From the IMG/VR virus record IMGVR_UViG_3300033233_000005: 18,124 nt of DNA, one strand, 5' to 3'. Below are positions 1 through 8,650 of the stretch, piece by piece. The notes beneath the pieces were generated by a model. The model was not told the origin of the DNA. It did not search any database and saw only the letters and a list, made by a program, of their open reading frames with translations. The stretch is from a virus (lineage: Duplodnaviria > Heunggongvirae > Uroviricota > Caudoviricetes). Within the stretch, counting starts at the first letter, position 1. Every line of letters starts with the position of its first letter. Made by a program: the position numbers and the translations under genes.

Positions 1-2406
1 AACACGAATGCTCCAGCGTTTTCAACCACTGGCATAACTGGCTCAACGCCATACTCTACAGGTAGGTTAACCGTTTCTGGTAGAACCCCATCATCAGGCA
101 CAGAGGACAGATACGTATTCATATCACATGTACCCGTAGTTAGAACCAAGTCAACATTTGATCCTACCCCAGCAGCGCCTAATCATCAAACCTCAGTGGG
201 GTCCGTAGTAACAGCCGCAAATAACCGTAATAAGCCAGTAACCGGCATTGACCAGAAATTGGGTCAGGCTCATGCGGATCATATAATCAATGGGTACCGC
301 ATATTTGTAGCTATCGGGGCGGGTTCTACTCTTGGCCCAACTGAAGTCTCATTCGATCCGGATGGAACACCTCGTCTAATTGCCGGTCTATTTACTGCGT
401 CTGAACCAGATTCTATTAATGCTATCTACATCGGCAGATTTACAATCACCAGCTTGAATGTTATAGCTATATTCGCATTGCCAGATAGCATTAGGCCACG
501 CGACCTGATGCAGTTCAGACCGTTGGAATCAACGCAGCTAGACACCGGCAATCCGACTACCATATATGCAGCCGGTCAGATTGTTAGCGGACAACAGCAT
601 ATTAATGCCTTCGGTACCGGATCTACATTGGACGCTAACAATCCACATAGACAGAGTATCTTCGATCTAGATGACGTCAGTGCCATCACGGGACAAGCCG
701 TTCAACCGATTGGAGATGTATTAACTACTGGTATAATAGACAAGGCGCAGGATAGAAACGCTATTATACCAACCAGCAGCACCGCAGTTCAGCCATCTCT
801 AGTAACAACAGGCAGTGCTACATACACCAGTGCTACATCGCTTGCTATAGTTACTGGAGGTATATTAACCACAACCACTATTGCAGCTGGTACTGTTATC
901 TCTAAGCGTGCTGAATTAGTAGCCGACCTCATATCTCTACCGATACAGGCGATTTACATAGACGGGACCAGAATTACCAAATTGCGCCCATTTATCCCTG
1001 GCTCTCTTGTTACTGCGGCAATACCGTTTGTTGGCACAGGACAACCAACGCTGATTGACGCCACTGGCACTTATACCTTATTTATAGCTAACCCTGACGC
1101 TGCCACTCGCACGTTACTAGGGCTGGCCGTAGATGAGGGACTAATAGGTAAGACTACAGAAGATATTTCAGCCGTGCGCAATACGATCGCGGTGGCCACA
1201 GTATATTGGGATTCTGCAACGGAAGTTTTACGGTACACGAACCTAACTGCTGTAATAACTACTGGCACGCCACCTACCGCCGATTTGCGTAGATTCGGAC
1301 TAGTCTCTACACCACAGATCTCAACGGAAGCTCTGTCCAGCGCGAGTAAGGGGTTGATGGCGAATCAGCATTTTGATAATCTTACCTCAGCCAATTCAGA
1401 CTTCAGATTCGGCTTTGCCAATTGGGTATACGCAGATGCTGATACTTCACCAGTATTTGGCGCTGGTAATATATCAGCAGTAGCATTCTTAAAGGCTGCC
1501 GGTGGTTTACCAGATCCACTTGGATTAACCAATCCGACTGGTATACCGGCACCGACGATCATTACGGATGCAGAATTATTAACCCAGGCCAATGCATACT
1601 ATGGCGTTAAATATACATTTGCACCAACACCACCAGCATTAAGTGTAGCAATACGCACATCAGTAGGTGGCATCAAACCGAATACTACATATACATTTTC
1701 GATGCAGATTAAAACACCAGCAACCAATCAAGTTAATGCAACAGTCGCTCTAACCAATGCCACTGGTGGTAGCCCCTATAGCAATAGACAAGACATGCGG
1801 TTCACACGCGACGACGACTATCATCGCGTTGCAGTTACGTTGCGTACCAATGGTACACCAGATATTACTACATCGACTGTGTATCTAGAGATAAAATTCG
1901 GCAATGACGGCAGCTTCGGTGTCTTTACGGCCAATCCAATATCCATATCCAGTATTATAATGACCGAGGGAGAATTTGTACTGGGTAATCTGGTAAGAAC
2001 CCCAGTTACATACAGTATCGGTTCAGCTAGCATCATCTCCACATCATTTACAGCAGGAACAGCCGACTCATTGCCGCTATCATTCGTATCAACCGGTCAG
2101 CACATGCTACTTAGAGCTGCAGCGTCTATCGACATAGAAGACCTAAGCGCCTTTACAAGTGTGATTACTCAGTATTTTCTACAATTGGTACTAGATGGCG
2201 GTGTTCTAGCAGCACAGAATTTTACCACAAGATATATGCTAAAGGTAACTGGCGTAAATGCTCAAGTGGAGGTGCCTATGCTATTGGCGTCTACTTTCTA
2301 TGTACCAGCAGGCACTCATAGCATGGTACTCAGAGCAATCCGCATCGCACAAAACACTGGTGTGTTTGTCGCTAGTAACATCAGATTGGATGCAACCACG
2401 CTATGA
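1..2406 (+). CDS. Tail fibre / virion structural protein with a C-terminal carbohydrate-binding-like (CBM/galactose-binding) domain; 5' end lies outside the window
   Basis: Frame 1 has no stop from base 1 (NTNAPAFSTTG...) to TGA 2404-2406, so the GTG at 196 is probably not the real start. The protein is rich in T/A/G/S beta sequence. The segment GIKPNTTYTFSMQIK...YHRVAVTLRT...ISISSIIMTEG matches the pattern of CBM-like tail-fibre domains. Confidence 0.7.
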   Translation, partial: NTNAPAFSTTGITGSTPYSTGRLTVSGRTPSSGTEDRYVFISHVPVVRTKSTFDPTPAAPNHQTSVGSVVTAANNRNKPVTGIDQKLGQAHADHIINGYRIFVAIGAGSTLGPTEVSFDPDGTPRLIAGLFTASEPDSINAIYIGRFTITSLNVIAIFALPDSIRPRDLMQFRPLESTQLDTGNPTTIYAAGQIVSGQQHINAFGTGSTLDANNPHRQSIFDLDDVSAITGQAVQPIGDVLTTGIIDKAQDRNAIIPTSSTAVQPSLVTTGSATYTSATSLAIVTGGILTTTTIAAGTVISKRAELVADLISLPIQAIYIDGTRITKLRPFIPGSLVTAAIPFVGTGQPTLIDATGTYTLFIANPDAATRTLLGLAVDEGLIGKTTEDISAVRNTIAVATVYWDSATEVLRYTNLTAVITTGTPPTADLRRFGLVSTPQISTEALSSASKGLMANQHFDNLTSANSDFRFGFANWVYADADTSPVFGAGNISAVAFLKAAGGLPDPLGLTNPTGIPAPTIITDAELLTQANAYYGVKYTFAPTPPALSVAIRTSVGGIKPNTTYTFSMQIKTPATNQVNATVALTNATGGSPYSNRQDMRFTRDDDYHRVAVTLRTNGTPDITTSTVYLEIKFGNDGSFGVFTANPISISSIIMTEGEFVLGNLVRTPVTYSIGSASIISTSFTAGTADSLPLSFVSTGQHMLLRAAASIDIEDLSAFTSVITQYFLQLVLDGGVLAAQNFTTRYMLKVTGVNAQVEVPMLLASTFYVPAGTHSMVLRAIRIAQNTGVFVASNIRLDATTL

Positions 2407-3956
2407 TAATAGAATTTGATACTACTACGCTAAGTGTGTTCGTTGCTGAGGCTGGGTCCGATGCTGCTACTATAGCCAATTTAAACACAAATAAACCAGC
2501 TAGCCACTCAGTACAGACGATAGCTGATGATACAGATGTATTGGATAATAAGTTCCAATTATCGATATTCATAGCCACCGTAGCAGGGCCAACATTAATA
2601 TCGGTAATCAGAAAGAATGTCGTAACGATTACTCCCATCCCTGGAACGATAAATTTAAACGATGTCTCAATTATACAGGTGCAGCTTAAGCAATCAGATG
2701 GCGTTACCAACCTAGCTGCCGTAAAGACAGTGACATTCAGTACCTCATTGGGTACATTAGCTGATGCTACAGTAACTACCGATGGGTCTGGATTCGCTCA
2801 AACGGCATTCAAACCAGCCAAGGGTGGCTCCTCCGTTATCGGCGCAACGTCGCCTGGGCTCATTGGCGCAGTAGTCACTGTAGTTATTAATATACCCACC
2901 ACGGCAACCGCACAGGGTTGGATAGAAACCGATGACATCAAGCTTGGAGCCATCACCGATGCTAAAGTAGCCAAGATCACTCCACCGGCCTGGTGGTTTA
3001 TCCCAGACATGTTCACCAGAGCCGCCTTTAATGCCAGCTATGATGCGGCCAGTATTAATTCAGTAGTGTCTGATGGAGAAGGATTTATTTATCTCAATGG
3101 ATTGGTTGCGGCTGTGCCAACCATCACGAAAATAGATATCAGGGACGGCAGTAACGCCGGTACGTTGGCATATACAAACCACAACCTAGCAGATGGGTAT
3201 GATTATATGGCTTATGATGGTGAAAATCTCTGGATACCATCTAATAACGATGTTTTAAAAGTAAGAACCAGAGATATGAGCTTGCAGGCTACAGTAAACA
3301 TTGGTACCGGCAAAGTTGAATCTGCAGTATGGGATGGTAGCTTTATCTATGTATGGTTGAATACGGCATCTGTGGTGTCCAGACTGTGGAAAGTCACCAA
3401 GGCCGGGACCAAGACTGCCATCGGTAGCCCCATCAACCCATTTGCAACTGCGGCACAATTTGCCACGGTGACAGTAGACAAGGATTTCATACATGTAAAT
3501 GGATTTACAGATGGTGCAGCATTCCTTAGTAGGACGACACCTGGATCTTATACCTCGTGGGCAGGTGGTTCCACTCTTGGATTTAGCGCCGCCACTACCG
3601 GCAAAGAATTATGGATTAGTGGAACTGCTGGTGTAAGTGTAATCCAAATCGATGGCACCATGCCAAATTATGGTACTATCGTAGCCACCATACCGGCAGC
3701 CACTATCAACCAGGTAACATTTTTGTACTTTGATGGTTCCAAGATATGGGCTACCAGAACTACCAGCAGTGGTTCCGGTACCGGTAGATATGTAAGCAAA
3801 TTATCCAGAACTGGTTCAACCATCAATATTGATCAAACGGTAGACCTGACCGCGACTGTCGAACCGTATCCAATAGCTTCTGACGGCACTAATCTGTATG
3901 TAGGAGCATTCGGTACCACCGCTGATGATGTTACTAAAATATTTATCGGGAGGTAA
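2403..3956 (+). CDS. Putative receptor-binding/tail protein: Big_1-type Ig-like domain plus C-terminal beta-propeller
   Basis: ATGA overlap with the upstream gene. VTFSTSLGTLADATVTTDGSGFAQTAFKPAKGGSSVIGATS is a Big_1/invasin-like Ig signature. IKLGAITDAKVA resembles a fibre spacer. Repeated blade motifs: YDGENLW, WDGSFIY, FDGSKIW, SDGTNLY. Confidence 0.7.
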   Translation: MIIEFDTTTLSVFVAEAGSDAATIANLNTNKPASHSVQTIADDTDVLDNKFQLSIFIATVAGPTLISVIRKNVVTITPIPGTINLNDVSIIQVQLKQSDGVTNLAAVKTVTFSTSLGTLADATVTTDGSGFAQTAFKPAKGGSSVIGATSPGLIGAVVTVVINIPTTATAQGWIETDDIKLGAITDAKVAKITPPAWWFIPDMFTRAAFNASYDAASINSVVSDGEGFIYLNGLVAAVPTITKIDIRDGSNAGTLAYTNHNLADGYDYMAYDGENLWIPSNNDVLKVRTRDMSLQATVNIGTGKVESAVWDGSFIYVWLNTASVVSRLWKVTKAGTKTAIGSPINPFATAAQFATVTVDKDFIHVNGFTDGAAFLSRTTPGSYTSWAGGSTLGFSAATTGKELWISGTAGVSVIQIDGTMPNYGTIVATIPAATINQVTFLYFDGSKIWATRTTSSGSGTGRYVSKLSRTGSTINIDQTVDLTATVEPYPIASDGTNLYVGAFGTTADDVTKIFIGR

Positions 3957-3959
3957 ATA

Positions 3960-4214
3960 GTGAAAGAGATTGCCGACCTAGTTCAGATGATTGGAATACC
4001 AGCATTAGTAATAGTATTCTATATATACAAAGACCTAACACAGGGCAATAAAGCTATAGAAACCAGCAACAAGATCATCCAGCTTCTGGAGCAGAATACC
4101 GCAGCCACCACCAAGGTAGTATCGGCGGTAGAAGGGGTCAGCGAGCGAATGACAGAAATGAGAGATGCCATTATCCAGACCAAGGCGATAATAGACATCA
4201 AAATGGGAAGGTAA
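3960..4214 (+). CDS. Holin-like small membrane protein (one N-terminal TM helix plus C-terminal coiled coil)
   Basis: SD GGGAGG before the GTG start. Hydrophobic segment IGIPALVIVFYIY followed by a heptad-like tail. Lies upstream of the lysin genes. Confidence 0.55.
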   Translation: MKEIADLVQMIGIPALVIVFYIYKDLTQGNKAIETSNKIIQLLEQNTAATTKVVSAVEGVSERMTEMRDAIIQTKAIIDIKMGR

Positions 4215-4215
4215 T

Positions 4216-4413
4216 ATGAGCATCACCATGATAGGCTCTGCGATTATATTAATACTCATAGTAATAGCAGAGGTATGTAGTAAAAAGAATGGCAATGGTA
4301 AGAACTTCAAAGATATCAATGCCAAGATAGAGACCTACAATATTGCCCAGAAAGCCGTACTGAAGCGGTTGGATACTCTTACGACCAGTCTAGAAACATC
4401 CCATAGGGGGTAG
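4216..4413 (+). CDS. Second holin-like small membrane protein
   Basis: SD GGAAGG. N-terminal TM segment MIGSAIILILIVIAEV with a polar coiled tail. Tandem with 3960-4214. Confidence 0.5.
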   Translation: MSITMIGSAIILILIVIAEVCSKKNGNGKNFKDINAKIETYNIAQKAVLKRLDTLTTSLETSHRG

Positions 4414-4417
4414 TACC

Positions 4418-4621
4418 TTGTCCAAGATACATACTCGTTTCTGTGACCTATGCGGCATGGATTTTCAATCCCCATCCCCATTTGCCCAAATATGCACCGA
4501 ATGCAAGAAAGTCAAGTTTAAAAAACCTATGAAAGGGGAAATGTATAGATTCCAGGGGATGAATGCATTATTGCCATCATTGCGTGTATTAGAGTTGGCT
4601 AAGAAAGAACTCAAGACTTGA
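4418..4621 (+). CDS. Small basic zinc-ribbon protein
   Basis: CDLC...CTEC, Lys-rich. TTG start preceded by AGGGGG. Confidence 0.55.
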   Translation: MSKIHTRFCDLCGMDFQSPSPFAQICTECKKVKFKKPMKGEMYRFQGMNALLPSLRVLELAKKELKT

Positions 4622-4647
4622 CCGGGGTATTTCAGGCATGGTAGACT
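4618..4647 (+). promoter_or_regulatory. Sigma70-type promoter upstream of the endolysin
   Basis: TTGACC (4618-4623), 18-nt spacer, TAGACT (4642-4647), with an extended -10 TG at 4639-4640. Confidence 0.5.
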
Positions 4648-4748
4648 ATACGCATAAATTATGGCAGCTAATCAGAACAATCTGGGACCGCATCAGACGG
4701 AAACCTCGCGCACCACAGGGTACAGCAGAGGGACTATGGGATCTATGA
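4638..4748 (+). CDS. Possible 36-aa basic amphipathic peptide (MVDYTHKLWQLIRTIWDRIRRKPRAPQGTAEGLWDL)
   Basis: Translated by hand. It fills the gap between 4621 and 4750 and ends TGA-T-ATG against the endolysin start. The SD is weak and the ATG lies inside the predicted promoter. Confidence 0.3.
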   Translation: MVDYTHKLWQLIRTIWDRIRRKPRAPQGTAEGLWDL

Positions 4749-4749
4749 T

Positions 4750-5490
4750 ATGGGTTGGTTAGATACTATATCTGGCTTAATAGGGGGTGCTGCAAAGACC
4801 CCAAGCCAACCGGTAGCTACCCCTAAACCCGTATCATCCCCTACCCCTCCTCCCCCAGCTCCTGCCAAATATCTGGATAAAACATTCATGGCGCGTATAA
4901 AAGCTAATATGGCGGATTACAAGAATGCCGCCAAGTTAACCAATATACCCTGGCAGGCTCTAGCCGCCATACATTTCAGGGAGGCAGAATTTGCCAGAAC
5001 AGTCAAAGAACCAGGTGGTCCCTTCCAATTGGACCCAGGTGGTGAGAAGAATGACCTTAATAAAAGGTGCTGGGACTATACTGTAAAGGTATGCAAGAAG
5101 TACGGCGCTAAGGCTACTGACATTAATACCAATTTCGATTCTGCTGCTCTAGTCGGTGCACACGAATTCGTGTCCAAGCCCGGAGCATCCCTATATGACG
5201 ATAAGGGTAATCCAATCAGAGAGAATATAGCTGATAGAATGTTCAGCTATAATGGTAGATCAAAGCACTACTCTGAAAATGAGCAGGTCGGACACGGTAA
5301 TACCACCCCAGCATGGGAGTGGTCCCCATACGTAAATAACAACCCTAATATGGGTAGGGTCCTCAAGATAGTAGCAACCCAGCTGAATGACAAGGGAGAA
5401 AGAATCACAATAGCTGGTACACCAGATCCCAGACCCGGCTCGATCATAATTTATGACGAGCTGATGTCCAGGGGATTTGAGCTAGTCTAG
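4750..5490 (+). CDS. Endolysin, lysozyme/SLT-like fold, with a Pro-rich N-terminal linker
   Basis: PWQALAAIHFRE (candidate catalytic Glu), GGPFQL and MFSYNG match the three lysozyme-superfamily motifs. Downstream of holin-like genes. Confidence 0.7.
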   Translation: MGWLDTISGLIGGAAKTPSQPVATPKPVSSPTPPPPAPAKYLDKTFMARIKANMADYKNAAKLTNIPWQALAAIHFREAEFARTVKEPGGPFQLDPGGEKNDLNKRCWDYTVKVCKKYGAKATDINTNFDSAALVGAHEFVSKPGASLYDDKGNPIRENIADRMFSYNGRSKHYSENEQVGHGNTTPAWEWSPYVNNNPNMGRVLKIVATQLNDKGERITIAGTPDPRPGSIIIYDELMSRGFELV

Positions 5491-5540
5491 GCGCTTCAGC
5501 CTAACTTACCTGTTAGTTTCCCTATAGGAGGAATTAACCT

Positions 5541-5663
5541 ATGGACATGAGATCCTTAACCCGACCTGAAATCAAGGTCATTTTTAATAACCGACGTGTG
5601 AGACGTTTATCTCATAAAGTCAGCGGGAGACAACCGTTGCGCTCTCCACGTCGGCCTAACTAA
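5541..5663 (+). CDS. 40-aa arginine-rich peptide (MDMRSLTRPEIKVIFNNRRVRRLSHKVSGRQPLRSPRRPN)
   Basis: Translated by hand. Strong SD AGGAGG at 5526-5531. Fills the gap between the two lysins. Confidence 0.55.
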   Translation: MDMRSLTRPEIKVIFNNRRVRRLSHKVSGRQPLRSPRRPN

Positions 5664-5693
5664 TAAAATAAATTAGAAAATAGGAGGATGCCG

Positions 5694-6413
5694 GTGAATA
5701 TACTACGACATCTAATAGTACTAGCAGCCATGACAGCGGCAACGGTTAAAGCTGATCCCACAGTAAGTGCCACTGCATTGTTTGAAAGCACGATCCATGC
5801 TCATTTTGACAATGCATTGCCCTGCTGGAAACCAGCCAGAGGCATACCATCTCTACGCACTATAGATAAAGAAATCAGGGCCACTATTGAGGCCGCCACT
5901 ACATTTTACGATAGTGATCCGGAGATGATGTATCTATTGTACAATATCGGGCTAAGTGAGGGTGGCGGGCATATTCGCAATAATGTTAAACCAGGAGAAA
6001 AGAGCTGGGGATGGACGTGCATGACGATACCAGAAGTGCGTAGAGTATGCAAGAAATATGAATGGCTTAAGCAGATATGCCCCAAGAGAGATGTAGAAGT
6101 ACAGGAAAAATTAGATGCCGATCCTAGATTTTGTATGCTTATGACGGCGGCCACTATGAGAATTTACCAGAATGAATGCAAAGGTGATTATATCAATGCC
6201 TTAATGATATACAAACATGGAGAAAGGGGATTGCTTGCTGCTATCAATAAATTACGCAGAGAGAAACCAAATGCTCCAATGACAGAATTGTATGAATGGA
6301 AGAAATATATAGGATTATTGGACTGGCTACATTGCATCAGAGACAGGGTATTGGTAGACTCGATTATAACCTGCGGATGTATGGCGGCCGAGGAGGCCAC
6401 CCGTGTTAAATAA
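5694..6413 (+). CDS. Secreted lytic-transglycosylase (SLT)-like protein
   Basis: SD AGGAGG abuts the ATG at 5688, so GTG 5694 is the better start. Signal peptide MNILRHLIVLAAMTAATVKA/D. IGLSEGG (candidate catalytic Glu), GWTCM (GLMQ-equivalent), DPRFC and ALMIYKHG (ALAAYNAG-equivalent). Nine Cys. Confidence 0.6.
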   Translation: MNILRHLIVLAAMTAATVKADPTVSATALFESTIHAHFDNALPCWKPARGIPSLRTIDKEIRATIEAATTFYDSDPEMMYLLYNIGLSEGGGHIRNNVKPGEKSWGWTCMTIPEVRRVCKKYEWLKQICPKRDVEVQEKLDADPRFCMLMTAATMRIYQNECKGDYINALMIYKHGERGLLAAINKLRREKPNAPMTELYEWKKYIGLLDWLHCIRDRVLVDSIITCGCMAAEEATRVK

Positions 6414-7011
6414 ATTAATTCATTCTGTCACAACGATAGCGATAGTAATATTATCTATTATGTTGGTCATTAAAACCAAACAGTTCAATGTAGAGCAGGA
6501 CAAGAACTTATCCAGTGCTGGTAGCATAGAATCGCTAAAGAAGGAACTAAAATTTAATTCGGATACAGTAGCAGCATTAAAGATCGAAAATGGTAGGCTG
6601 ATTATATTAACAAAGGATAAAAATGGCAATGTGGTGCCTCAACATCCATATGTACCACCAGAGGGTGGAGTGAGAGTTAGAGTAGATGGCCCAGTAGTAT
6701 CTGGTACGACCACCGGACAGCCGAGGGTAGTTATAGATATCAAAAACAAAGGTTTTACCTTCAAGCCAGGTATCGGGATGGTATACTCTAGCAAAATATA
6801 TCCTGAATTTGATATCAAATTCGCTTATTGGAATAGATATAGTGTCAAGGTTGGTACTACCCTCGACTTTGTAGACGCAGCGATCACTAGACACGTAGAC
6901 GACTTGATACCATGGGTCAATCTACAGAATCTGGAGATACAGCTAGGCGGCGGCATAAATTATATCGATGCAATCAGACGTATTATGTTTGGAATACGTA
7001 TTAACGGATAA
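6403..7011 (+). CDS. Membrane-anchored protein with amphipathic beta-strand C-terminus (spanin candidate)
   Basis: SD GAGGAGG. N-terminal TM SVTTIAIVILSIMLVI. The C-terminal half has alternating polar/hydrophobic strands (FTFKPGIGMVY, LEIQLGGGINY, IMFGIRING). Last gene of the lysis cluster. Confidence 0.5.
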   Translation: MLNKLIHSVTTIAIVILSIMLVIKTKQFNVEQDKNLSSAGSIESLKKELKFNSDTVAALKIENGRLIILTKDKNGNVVPQHPYVPPEGGVRVRVDGPVVSGTTTGQPRVVIDIKNKGFTFKPGIGMVYSSKIYPEFDIKFAYWNRYSVKVGTTLDFVDAAITRHVDDLIPWVNLQNLEIQLGGGINYIDAIRRIMFGIRING

Positions 7012-7041
7012 TTGATATGTATACTCTGGATACGTTAGAAT
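7012..7041 (+). promoter_or_regulatory. Sigma70-type promoter, probably giving a leaderless mRNA for 7048
   Basis: TTGATA (7012-7017), 18-nt spacer, TAGAAT (7036-7041). The ATG is 6 nt downstream and has no SD. Confidence 0.5.
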
Positions 7042-7047
7042 AAATCC

Positions 7048-7308
7048 ATGAAGGGCATAGTTACCATGACAGCCATCGATGCTGAGGATAGAACAGCGGA
7101 TCTTACAATATCTGTGTCCTCTGATGCCAATGTATTGCTTTCTACACATAAGATACTGGTGAATATAGATACTTTCTCAGAAGCGATAGTGATAGACCGC
7201 ATGCGTGGTCTACTACTCGATGAGATAACTAACGCATCGGCTATCCCGCTTACTCAAGCTCAGCTTGATGACATGATACTCGGTCTACAAGTAGTGGTCC
7301 CAGGTTAA
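7048..7308 (+). CDS. Hypothetical acidic protein, probably virion-associated
   Basis: 86-aa ORF coupled to the next gene (TAA-A-ATG). Confidence 0.6.
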   Translation: MKGIVTMTAIDAEDRTADLTISVSSDANVLLSTHKILVNIDTFSEAIVIDRMRGLLLDEITNASAIPLTQAQLDDMILGLQVVVPG

Positions 7309-7309
7309 A

Positions 7310-8638
7310 ATGTCGCATCAGATCGAACACAAACCGTATGAACTAATTAAAGCTGCCGACATAGATCGGATACTGGCGCTTATTCAGAACGGCATTTTCC
7401 AATCGCCATCAGCCATTAGAGCTTTATTGACCGGTCAGATTTCCATATTTGATCTGGACCCGACATTGCAGGCTTTCTTATCTGTTGTTCCATTTGAATC
7501 GAATGCCATCGGTGATGGCGTAACCACCACATTTATATTGACTGCCATACCAACGAGTGGAACCGACGAGGTATTTATAAACGGTATCTTACAACAGAAT
7601 GGATCTGATTATACAATCACTGGCACTAATGCCATATTCGTTTCCGCTCCTTTACTTGGTGATATCGTAATAATTAAATATAAATCCGCTCAGGCCCTAA
7701 TTGTGTTCGTGGTGAATTCACTCGACATTCCATATAAGAACATTATAAACACCCAATACTCATTAACACACATATTCATTTATGGCATTAATGAGACTAC
7801 TTCCGATATTGAAGTGGCTAAATTCGATCCATTGTCATTTACCCAAGTCGGACCAGCGGTGAATGTCAATGCTAGCCTCATCAGCAACAATGTAACTACA
7901 CAAGCTGGTGGATACCTATGGGCAACTGGTGCAGCTGGTCTAATTACGGACCCCAAGCATCAGATCACCAGGATAGACCCAAGCACCATGGCTTCTACCA
8001 TTTTCCCTGCAACAGTAGATACATCAGCTACCGTCGCGTCTATCACCACCGATGGAGGCTTTGTTTATGCATTCTTGGCTGGTGGAACACTAGTCCCCAA
8101 CTCGATAGCTAAGATAAATATGGCCGGGTCCCCAGTTGGTGCTATACCATCAGGATTTGCTCCTGGACCGATTGGTACTATCGACATGGCTATAAATACC
8201 GCTGGATTCTTATTCGTGGCGTATACCATCAATGGCCAGATTCGTAGATACGATACGACATTGGGAACCGTTTTAAATATCTACACGTTTACCAATCCAA
8301 TCAGAATCCTACCAGTAAATGACAAGATCTACGTATTAGACGGTACCACCAATACATTGTCTTCTATCTCAGCAACCAACGTAGTGACCGATATCATTAC
8401 CTTCACATTTACACCAACCGACATGATGTTTGATGGTGCTGATCTTTGGGTATCAACGGGTGACGTACTTAGAAAGATGGATAAGAACGGCACAATATCA
8501 AGCACTATCACGCCAGCGACTGGCCAAACGATTAGAGACATCACGTCTGGACTAGGTTTCGTATGGACGACGTATTCTAATGACACTAATGCCGGGCCGA
8601 ATATCACTAAGATATTCCCCGGACTCCCAACACCGTAG
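7310..8638 (+). CDS. Putative virion protein: phage structural beta-domain plus C-terminal beta-propeller (paralogue of 2403-3956)
   Basis: GDGVTTTFILT...VFINGILQ...DYTITG...APLLGDIVIIKY is a module typical of phage tail/baseplate proteins. Blade motifs TDGGFVY and FDGADLW. Ends ITKIFPG, compared with VTKIFIG in 2403-3956. Confidence 0.7.
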   Translation: MSHQIEHKPYELIKAADIDRILALIQNGIFQSPSAIRALLTGQISIFDLDPTLQAFLSVVPFESNAIGDGVTTTFILTAIPTSGTDEVFINGILQQNGSDYTITGTNAIFVSAPLLGDIVIIKYKSAQALIVFVVNSLDIPYKNIINTQYSLTHIFIYGINETTSDIEVAKFDPLSFTQVGPAVNVNASLISNNVTTQAGGYLWATGAAGLITDPKHQITRIDPSTMASTIFPATVDTSATVASITTDGGFVYAFLAGGTLVPNSIAKINMAGSPVGAIPSGFAPGPIGTIDMAINTAGFLFVAYTINGQIRRYDTTLGTVLNIYTFTNPIRILPVNDKIYVLDGTTNTLSSISATNVVTDIITFTFTPTDMMFDGADLWVSTGDVLRKMDKNGTISSTITPATGQTIRDITSGLGFVWTTYSNDTNAGPNITKIFPGLPTP

Positions 8639-8650
8639 GAGGTGAGCTAG

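Noticed and set aside
5541-5663. Resemblance of the Arg-rich peptide to ribosomal protein bL34 (GRQPL versus GRQVL, similar spacing from an N-terminal Pro)
   Set aside because: The conserved HGF core and MKRT start of bL34 are absent, so the match is probably compositional.
1-8638. Diversity-generating retroelement acting on the fibre or propeller genes
   Set aside because: I saw no reverse transcriptase and no near-identical template/variable repeat pair. The propeller paralogues are similar only at the protein level.
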